Source of the DNA: an uncultured Acidobacteriota bacterium
GTDB lineage: Bacteria; Actinomycetota; Acidimicrobiia; Spongiisociales; ZC4RG35
Direction: 5' to 3'
Length of the DNA: 64,000 nucleotides
Assembly (NCBI GenBank): GCA_963720925.1
Contig: CAVRHE010000014.1
Location: forward strand, 214,575 to 278,574
Part shown: positions 57,116 to 64,000 of the stretch, piece by piece
Position numbering within the stretch: position 1 is the first letter of the stretch
How the letters are laid out: each line of letters opens with the position of its first letter
Notes under the pieces: generated by a model
What the model saw: the letters and a program-made list of their open reading frames with translations, nothing else
Databases searched by the model: none
What the model was told of the DNA's origin: nothing
Translations under genes and position numbers: made by a program

Positions 57116-58871
57116 TCACCGAAGGTGGCGCACATCGCCCCGCCGGATGGTGAGCCCTTCTCTATCTGCCCACTCGAGGATGGGAACCACAAATTTTCGT
57201 GACAGACCGGAGTGGTCACGGAACTCGGCCACTGTGAACTGCCCGGTCATGTCGCCCAACAAGCGTTTGATCTCGTCTATCTGCTCGGGCAGGTAGACGA
57301 GGTCGTCGGTGACACGGACCAGCATGCCGTCCCTGACCAGGAGATGGGTCAGTTCACGTCCCAGACCGAGCTCGTCGGGGTGAGGCACCGCCAGGCTCCC
57401 TCCGAGCAGGGCCCTGGCTCTCTCCCACCTCTGCTGGGAATCCGGGTCCAGGCTCGGTTGATGACGTCGGGCCGAGACGTCGGGGCCATCGCGCTCGATT
57501 TCATCGCTCTCGCTCACTAGCCGCCCGGCCAGCTCTCGGGAGATGCCGAGATTGGTGGCGAGTGTGGCCAAGGGAATTCCCGGCCGGAGCGGATGCTGGT
57601 CGTGATGCGTGGACACCATCGCCTCCGCCTGAGAGCGGAAATCGTCGAACTGCTCGCGGGTCAACGCGGTGGTGCCAACCAGGACCGAACCAACGGGACG
57701 ACCGCCACCGCTGTGAGCGGCGAGACGCGCCAGATCGTCCATGCCGCGTAGCCCCAGAAGAGCGGTGGCGACGTCGTCTTTCCCACCAAAAGGGTCGATC
57801 CGCGGAGCGGTCCGCATCGCCCGGGCCGGGGGACCGGGCGCGGGGTCGACGACGACGCCTCCGGCCACCACCTGTCGACGACCGGATTCGCGCAGGATGA
57901 AACGATCACCGGTTCTGACGGGAAGGGCGGCGGGGACCTCGATGAGGGAATAGCCTCCCTCGACCCGCTTGATCGTTGCGGCATGGGCGCCGCTGCCGAG
58001 ATGGACCTGATATGCGCCTTTGCTGGTCAGATCTTGGACGTATCGCGCTGCCGTCACTTTCGCGACGAACCGTGCCGACAGATCCCACTGTCCCGGTAGA
58101 CCCAGCATGGTCCCCCGCGGCGTGTCCGATCGATCCAACCCGGTCAGGTTCAGGGCGAGTCTTCGACCCGGGTCGGCTACGTCGATCTCCTTTTCGTGGC
58201 TCTGCATCCCCCGAATCCGGGTTCGCTTGTGGCCCGGCAACAATTCGAGGTCGTCCCCGACCCTCATCGGCCCCTCCGTCAGCGTGCCGGTGACCACTGT
58301 GCCCGCCCCTCGCACCGAAAAGGCACGGTCCACCCAAAGACGCGGCCTGCTGCCCCCGTGTTGGACTCCGACCAGCTGCACCACCAGCTCCTCTCGCAGG
58401 CGGTCCATGCCTTCGCCGGTCCGGGCCGAGACCGGGAGGATCGGCGCGTCCTGAAGTGTCGTGCCCGTCAGCTTCTGCTGGATCTCCTCTTTCGGCATCG
58501 CCGACTCTCTCTGGGCTGACCGCGTCGATCTTGGTCAGGGCGACGACACCGGAATCGATGCCGAGGAGGTCGAGCACCGCCAGATGCTCCTCGGATTGGG
58601 GCATCCAGCCCTCGTCGGCGGAGACGACGAACAGGGCGACGTCGATCGCCTCGATCCCGGCCAGCATGTTCTTGAGGAACCGCTCATGACCGGGCACATC
58701 GACGAAAGAGACCTCACCGACTGGCTCCATCGTGGTCCAGGCGAACCCCAGATCGATGGTCAGCCCGCGTTCCTTCTCCTCGACCCATCGATCGGGGTCA
58801 TGGCCGGTGAGTGCCTGGACCAGGGTCGACTTGCCGTGATCGACGTGTCCTGCGGTCCCGATCAGCGGCAA
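57116..58871 (-). pseudogene. selB: Selenocysteine-specific elongation factor SelB, with one frameshift near 58488-58496
   Basis: The GTPase piece is [28 protein letters not shown] (ORF 57906-58871). It continues as (A)[33 protein letters not shown]... with winged-helix C-terminal domains (ORF 57116-58498). The shift lies at an A/T run. Confidence 0.85.
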
Positions 58872-60209
58872 CCCGCCACCATGTCTGCGATCACGTCGTC
58901 GTCTTCCACTGCCACGGCCCTCAGATCGAGGATCAGGTCTTTGTCCGTCCTCCGCGTCAGGACCGGGTGCGTGGAGTCGAGTAGGCGGCCATGGAGATGG
59001 TCCTCATCCTCGAGGACGATCTGCGGTGTCGGGATGCCAACTCCAGGCAGGCTTCCGGCTCCAGTGACAGATTCTCCGGGTCGGGCCGCTCCTCCAACCC
59101 GGGAGGCGAGGTCGTCGACCCTGGCCGCCAGTTCCGTCTCAGTCAGCGTCAGCATGTGCCAGATCGGGACTTGATGTGCTTCCCCGCCGGCGTATGCCTC
59201 GAGGGTCGCAGTCAGGGCAGCTTCGGTCATTGCGTCGATCCTCAGGGCTCGGGCCAACGGGTTCTGCCGGAGCCCGTCCACTTGGTCGGCCGAGCCGACG
59301 ATGATGCCCGCCTGCGGCCCACCGACCAGCTTGTCGCCGCTGAAAGTGACCAGGTCTGCTCCTGCCTCGATCGACTGACGGGCCCCGGGTTCTGCGGACA
59401 GCCAGGAGGGCGTCCCGTTGGTGAGCCACGGAGTCTCGGCATCCAAGAGGCCGGAACCAAGGTCGTGGATCAGGGGGATCCCCCGATCACGAGCCAACGC
59501 GGCCAGGTCCCCGATTGGTACTTCGGTGACGAATCCATCGATCCGGTAGTTGGAGGGATGCACCTTCAACACGGCGCCACAATCATGGATCTGGAGCGCG
59601 GTCAGAGTAGTCATCGAGTCGGGTGCGGTTGGTGGTCCCGACTTCGACCAATCGGGCACCGCCCGCCTCCATCACCAGGGGTAGCCGGAAGGACCCGCCG
59701 ATCTCGATCAGCTCGCCTCTGGCCACGGGAACTGCGCGGCCCGAAGCGGTGGCAGCGAGGGCGAGCAGCACCGCGGCCGCATTGTTGTTGACCACGAAGG
59801 CGTCCTCGCCACCGGTGAGGGCTCGGAGCAGGGCTCGGAGATACGCCCCACGACCACCACGGTCACCCGTGGTCAGATCCAGCTCGAGATTGGTGTATGA
59901 GACAGCTGCCTGCAGCGCCGCTTCGGCGGCACGCGGGGAGAGAGGCGCTCTGCCGAGGTTGGTATGGAGGAGGACCCCGGTGGCGTTGATCACTTTGTGG
60001 GTTGCCGACCGCTGCAAACCGGCAACGAGGTCGGCAGCGATGCGATTCACATCGGGTTCACCGCCACGGGCGATCTCGCTGCGGGCCAGATCGAGCGCCG
60101 ACCGGGCGCAATCGACCACCAATGGCCGGGGGATACCGGTCTCCCCGAGCCCATCGGCCAACTGGTCGACCGGCGGGAGGTCACGGTACGGACTGTCGCT
60201 CGAAGGCAC
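58862..60209 (-). pseudogene. selA: L-seryl-tRNA(Sec) selenium transferase SelA, with one frameshift near 59598-59612
   Basis: The N-terminal piece (in the frame of ORF 59583-60986, from about GTG 60209) is ...VINATGVLLHTNLGRAPL...VVNNNAAAVLLAL...GELIEIGGSFRLP...VGTTNRTRLDDY. The C-terminal piece is ...VLKVHPSNYRIDGF...TFSGDKLVGGPQAGIIVG (PLP Lys motif). The start is uncertain (GTG 60209 or TTG 60218). Confidence 0.85.
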
Positions 60210-60254
60210 CAGGGCCAAGTCTGCCAGGTCGATCCGTGTCCGTAGGATGCCGGG

Positions 60255-60947
60255 ATGGAGGCGCTCCCGGTAGAAGCCCGCCCGGCGGCCACGGTCATGC
60301 TGATCAGGGATTCCGGGAACGGGATCGAGGTGCTGATGGTGCGCCGTCGGCCACGTGGGTTCTTCGGTGGGCTCACGGTCTTTCCTGGGGGGGCGGTCGA
60401 CCCGGTGGACGACTCTGATCTCGCCGGCGAAGTCGTGCCGGGTGAACACCCCGACCAGACGTTCCGCACCGCGGCCCTTCGTGAGCTTGCGGAAGAGACC
60501 GGGCTCGCGTTGACCCTCGATGGAGTGGTGTCCGCGCCGGAAGGGCGTGGGGAGCGTCTGCTGTCGGCCATGCGAGGCATCCCGATCCAGCTGGACGCGT
60601 CTGCTCTCACTCTCGTCTCCAGGTGGGTCACCCCGGAGGACGCCCCGACCCGGTTCGACACTCGCTTCTACCTGGCAGACGCTGAAGACACGCCCGACAT
60701 CCGCCTCGACGGCGATGAGCTTGTCGAGCATACGTGGATCGGGCCCGGGGAAGCCCTTGCGATCCACGCTGACGGCGGGTCGGAGATGTTCCTTCCCACT
60801 ATCGCCCATCTCCGTTGGCTGGATCGAAGAACGACGGTCTCCGACGCCCTTTCTGCCGCTCAGGGCGCCGATGGCCGTTCCCTGGTCGCGCCCCGGCGCA
60901 TGGAGGATGGCAGCTTCGTGCCTATCCACCTCCCTGCCGACGCGTGA
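60255..60947 (+). CDS. NUDIX hydrolase
   Basis: 230 aa: ...FPGGAVDPVD...TAALRELAEETGL (Nudix box GX5EX7REUXEEXGU-like). Confidence 0.8.
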   Translation: MEALPVEARPAATVMLIRDSGNGIEVLMVRRRPRGFFGGLTVFPGGAVDPVDDSDLAGEVVPGEHPDQTFRTAALRELAEETGLALTLDGVVSAPEGRGERLLSAMRGIPIQLDASALTLVSRWVTPEDAPTRFDTRFYLADAEDTPDIRLDGDELVEHTWIGPGEALAIHADGGSEMFLPTIAHLRWLDRRTTVSDALSAAQGADGRSLVAPRRMEDGSFVPIHLPADA

Positions 60948-61720
60948 TGCGAATACAGCGCATCCTCGCCAACAACCCGGGTCCATTCACCGGGCCCGGG
61001 ACCAACACATGGCTCGTCGATGACAGCGGCGAATACATCGTGATCGATCCCGGGCCGGTGGACGACCTCCACCGGGACCGGATCGTGGACCATGCGGAAC
61101 AACTGACACCGATCGGAGTCTTGGTCACCCACACGCACATCGACCATGCCCCGCTGGCCAACGCTCTGGCTCGGGAGTTGGGAGTTCCCGCCTACGGCCA
61201 CGCGCCAGGCCCCGATTTCGAACCCGACCTCCGCCTCGGTGAAGGGTCCGTGCTCGATATCGGCCAGACCCGGCTCGTGGTGGTTCACACTCCGGGCCAT
61301 TCCGACGACCATCTCTGTTTTCGATTGGCCGACGTTCTGTTCACCGGGGATCACATAATGGGGGGATCCTCGGTGATGGTGGAAGACATGGGTAGCTATT
61401 TGGCGTCTCTGGAGAAACTCCATGGGACCGGCCTGAGCAGACTCAATCCCGGTCATGGTGAGGAGATGGACCATCCCGATCAAGTGATCGACTGGTATCT
61501 GGAGCATCGCCGACAGCGACATGAGGAGATCCTCGACGCCATCCGCGGCGGCGCCGGCTCCGTCGATGAGATCGTCGAGGTGGTGTATCGGGAGGTCGAT
61601 CGGGCCTTGTACCCGCTCGCCGCCCGCTCCGTGGATGCCCACCTGGTGTTGCTGTTTGAGGAAGGGCGGATAGCCTCTTCCGGGCACGAACTCGTCGCAC
61701 TGCCCACCAACCCCACGTGA
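60947..61720 (+). CDS. MBL-fold metallo-hydrolase
   Basis: ATG 60947 overlaps the NUDIX stop (TGATG). ...VLVTHTHIDHA (HxHxDH), ...HTPGHSDDH..., ...GDHIM... Confidence 0.85.
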   Translation: MRIQRILANNPGPFTGPGTNTWLVDDSGEYIVIDPGPVDDLHRDRIVDHAEQLTPIGVLVTHTHIDHAPLANALARELGVPAYGHAPGPDFEPDLRLGEGSVLDIGQTRLVVVHTPGHSDDHLCFRLADVLFTGDHIMGGSSVMVEDMGSYLASLEKLHGTGLSRLNPGHGEEMDHPDQVIDWYLEHRRQRHEEILDAIRGGAGSVDEIVEVVYREVDRALYPLAARSVDAHLVLLFEEGRIASSGHELVALPTNPT

Positions 61721-62866
61721 CACGATTCGCCCGGACCCTGCTGGCTCTGCTCGTCATGGCTTTGGCACTGCCTGCCATTGCCCAAGTAACCGACGAGGAG
61801 ATCGACCGCGCCCGTGGCGAGGTCAACGAGATAATGGCGGAGGCACAGGCTCTGGGTGACGAGGTCCAAGACGCTTGGGCCCACCAATTCGCTCTCGACC
61901 GCGAGATCACCGACCTCACCGCCTCGATCGACTTGGCGAGGGTGAAAATCGTCGAGACAGAGAAGAAGCTCGAAGAGGTAGCAGTCGAGATGTACATGGG
62001 ATCGTCTACCGCCGCGTCGATGCAGGTCCTGTTCTCGGCGAGCGACGAGAGCTACGGGGCCGGCGTCGAGTACCTGAGAAACGTCACCGGCAACGATGCC
62101 GATGTGATCAACCAGCTGCGGTCGTTCCGGGAGGAGCTCGACCGACAGACCGGTCGTCTCGAGGAGGCTTCCGCCGAGCAGGAGGTTCTCACGGCCGAAC
62201 TGGAGGAGAAGGCAGGCGATCTCCAGGGACAATTGGTCGAGGCTCAGGCGGTGTATGACGGTCTGGTCACGCAACAGGCCGCTGAGGAGGCGGCCCGTCG
62301 CGCGGCCGAGGAGGCTGCCCGTCGCGCTGGCGGAGGAGGCAGCCCGCAACGCCACGACGACGACAAACCCAGGCTCACCTGACGCCACCGAGGGCGAACC
62401 GGCGGCGCCGACGGAAACAACGACGCCACCCGAGGAGACGCCGGATGTCTCACCACCTCCACCGGCGTCCAGTGGCGGGGCATGTCCGGTGGCTGGAGCC
62501 GTCTCGTTCTCCGATTCGTGGGGCGACGCCCGATCGGGGGGCCGTTCCCACCAGGGCGTCGACATGATCGCAGCAAGGAACACGCCCATCGTCGCGATCT
62601 ACTCGGGGACGATCGAAAGACTCACCGATGGCAGTCTGAGTGGTCTCGCCATCTGGCTCCGCTCCGACGGTGGCGACACCTTCTTCTACGCCCACCTGGA
62701 GAGCTTCGCGGTCAGCGAAGGACAGTCGGTGTCCGAAGGCGAGGTGATCGGATACAACGGGTCATCGGGCAACGCTCCCGAGTTCCTGCCTCATCTCCAT
62801 TTCGAGTATCACCCGGGCGGCGGGGGAGCGGTGAACCCGTATCCCCTGGTGAGGGGTCTGTGCTGA
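61717..62866 (+). pseudogene. Secreted M23-family peptidase with an N-terminal coiled coil, frameshifted inside a 24-nt repeat near 62326-62331
   Basis: GTG 61717 gives a signal peptide (TRFARTLLALLVMALALPAIAQV), then a coiled coil and AAEEAARR repeats. The catalytic part is in the next frame: SHQGVDMIA (HxxxD), ...GNAPEFLPHLHFEYH (HxH). Confidence 0.8.
62278..62350. repeat. Three imperfect tandem 24-nt units encoding (A)AEEAARR inside the M23 peptidase gene
   Basis: Unit 1 is gccgctgaggaggcggcccgtcgc and unit 2 is gcggccgaggaggctgcccgtcgc. Unit 3 is gct-g-gcggaggaggcagcccgcaac, which carries one extra nucleotide at the unit 2/3 boundary. Confidence 0.8.
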
Positions 62867-62884
62867 TCTGCCACTGAGCGCCGA

Positions 62885-62908
62885 AAGAGGACCCTTTCGG
62901 GTCCTCTT
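62885..62908. terminator. Hairpin terminator candidate after the M23 peptidase gene
   Basis: AAGAGGACCC (62885-62894), loop TTTC, GGGTCCTCTT (62899-62908), a perfect 10-bp stem 19 nt after the stop. There is no T tract. Confidence 0.55.
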
Positions 62909-63108
62909 CCGATTCGGGCCTCCCTGCCCCTGTCCCCCACGCACCGAGGCACGTTCTTCAGGCATCTTCGGTCACGGAGAGTGGTGGCGAAAGGACAGTT
63001 CGGATTCGCACACAATGTGACTAGTCCTCGTGAGACATTGGCGACCCTGGTCGTCGCGGAAGATCGTTACTCGTTACTCTCTCGGGCACCTGACAGCGGA
63101 GACGACAG

Positions 63109-63900
63109 ATGACCACCGAGCCGCCCATCCCGCCCGATTCCGGAGGGCAGATCGAGCCGATCCCCCCAACTCCTCCAAGCGACCCCGCGGTTCCGCCCGC
63201 ACCGCCCCCTCCGCCCCCACCCGCAGTGCCGGGCGGCACCCCGTTCCGGGTCGGCGACGCCTTCAACTATGGATGGAAGAAGTTCCAGGAGTATTTGGGC
63301 CCGATCCTGATCGCGATGGTGATCTTCTTCGTCATCGCTGCCGTGGTGAACGGCATCGGGCTCGCTCTCGGCGGCGGAATGGAGCAGTTCACCGACCCAG
63401 AGGACATCGGCATCGGCATGTTCTTCGGGGTCGGCTACCTGTTCTTCTCCCTCCTCGGCGCCTTGGTGAGCCTTCTCATCCAGGCCGCGGTAGTCCGTGG
63501 GGCCCTGGAGATCACCAAGGGAGAGAGGGTCGATCTCAGCACCTTCCTGTCGACAGAGCACCTCGGTCAGGTCGTCCTCGCCGCGATCCTGCTGGCGATC
63601 GGGACCGCCATCGGTCTGATCCTGTGCATCATCCCCGGGCTGATCTTGATCTTCTACTCCATGTTCACCTATCAGTTCATCCTGGACAGGGGGCTCCCCG
63701 CCTTCGATGCGATCAAGGCCAGCTTTGCCCTGGTGAATCAGCATCTCGGCTCGGTGGTCGGGCTCTTCTTCGCCTCGATCCTGGCCCTCTTCGTCGGCGC
63801 CCTCCTCTGTGGGATCGGCCTCATCGTCGCCATCCCGGTGACGATCATCGCCACCGCCTATGCCTACCGGATCTTGAGCGGTCAGACGGTGGTCCCCTGA
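63109..63900 (+). CDS. Hypothetical membrane protein with a proline-rich N-terminus
   Basis: 263 aa: MTTEPPIPPDSGG...PPAPPPPPPPAVPGG, followed by about 5 TM helices. It resembles DUF975-type integral membrane proteins, from memory only. Confidence 0.55.
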   Translation: MTTEPPIPPDSGGQIEPIPPTPPSDPAVPPAPPPPPPPAVPGGTPFRVGDAFNYGWKKFQEYLGPILIAMVIFFVIAAVVNGIGLALGGGMEQFTDPEDIGIGMFFGVGYLFFSLLGALVSLLIQAAVVRGALEITKGERVDLSTFLSTEHLGQVVLAAILLAIGTAIGLILCIIPGLILIFYSMFTYQFILDRGLPAFDAIKASFALVNQHLGSVVGLFFASILALFVGALLCGIGLIVAIPVTIIATAYAYRILSGQTVVP

Positions 63901-63938
63901 TTGATGAACCCCACGGATTCGGAGCGGCTGACGACCGG

Positions 63939-64000
63939 CGTCAGGCCGGCAATTCCTCCAACTCGGTGAGGATCTTGGCGATGCGCCCGGTGCAGGTCTC
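63939..64000 (-). CDS. 3' end of an unidentified reverse-strand gene (partial)
   Basis: The reverse frame reads ...ETCTGRIAKILTELEELPA* with the stop at 63941-63939. It is too short to identify. Confidence 0.25.

Noticed and set aside
60210-60986. N-terminal 260 aa of ORF 59583-60986 (-)
   Set aside because: It is antisense to the NUDIX gene. The SelA similarity begins only around codon 260 (VPSSDSPYRDLPPVDQL...), so I placed the selA start at about 60209.
62940-63108. Possible riboswitch or leader in the 240-nt untranslated stretch before 63109, which includes CGGAGAGTGGTGG and a CGTTACT CGTTACT tandem heptamer at 63065-63078
   Set aside because: I could not fit it to any riboswitch consensus I know; the yybP-ykoY resemblance is superficial. 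The downstream gene is not a typical riboswitch-controlled function.
61480-63744. Reverse-strand ORFs 61480-62589 (369 aa) and 63067-63744 (225 aa)
   Set aside because: They are antisense to the M23 peptidase and the Pro-rich membrane protein, and they contain no motifs.
1-64000. Programmed ribosomal frameshifting as an explanation for the split genes
   Set aside because: The sites share no slippery heptamer or downstream structure. They go in both directions and affect unrelated genes, which fits indel errors or random mutations better.
1-64000. CRISPR arrays, IS elements, integrases, prophage or toxin-antitoxin modules
   Set aside because: I saw no spaced direct-repeat arrays, no transposase, integrase or recombinase-like ORFs, and no terminal inverted repeats. 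The only repeats found are the short ones listed as features.

Overview
The window is high-GC, gene-dense chromosomal DNA. A WhiB-family gene and the SARP and LuxR-type regulators point to Actinomycetota, and that assignment is an inference. I found no rRNA, CRISPR array, transposase, integrase or prophage genes, and only one tRNA, tRNA-Pro(CGG).

Main blocks:
1. A SARP-type regulator lies divergent from an ~9 kb, almost gap-free operon (2614-11852). The operon holds six paralogous polytopic membrane proteins with variable transmembrane (TM) N-termini and a strongly conserved ~130-aa C-terminal module. Four or five of them form a head-to-tail array with 4-nt stop/start overlaps. They surround a partner-switching core: one PP2C (SpoIIE-type) phosphatase fused to an RsbW-like kinase domain, plus two STAS proteins.
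2. Housekeeping and lipid-metabolism genes, two ABC exporters and a second large ATPase/LuxR regulator.
3. A ~16 kb putative catabolic island (22156-38503). It carries a Liv-type ABC importer, TIM-barrel sugar-phosphate isomerases, oxidoreductases, a creatininase-family protein, a GntR regulator and two Tm-1-like (UPF0261) genes.
4. dnaX-ybaB-recR, glpX, thiolase, methylmalonyl-CoA epimerase, murJ, lysC-asd.
5. tRNA-Pro, a TOPRIM protein, a CheY-like receiver, NfeD, WhiB, selB-selA, NUDIX, MBL hydrolase and an M23 peptidase.

Two observations stand out. First, the sensor-module array is truncated at one common boundary, and that boundary looks like the middle of a GAF-like domain whose remainder opens the phosphatase gene. 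Second, about 20 single-nucleotide frame disruptions hit about 14 genes, including core genes. These are most simply explained as indel errors in the sequence. That caveat affects every pseudogene call here, and also the question of whether paralog P5 and the phosphatase are really separate genes.
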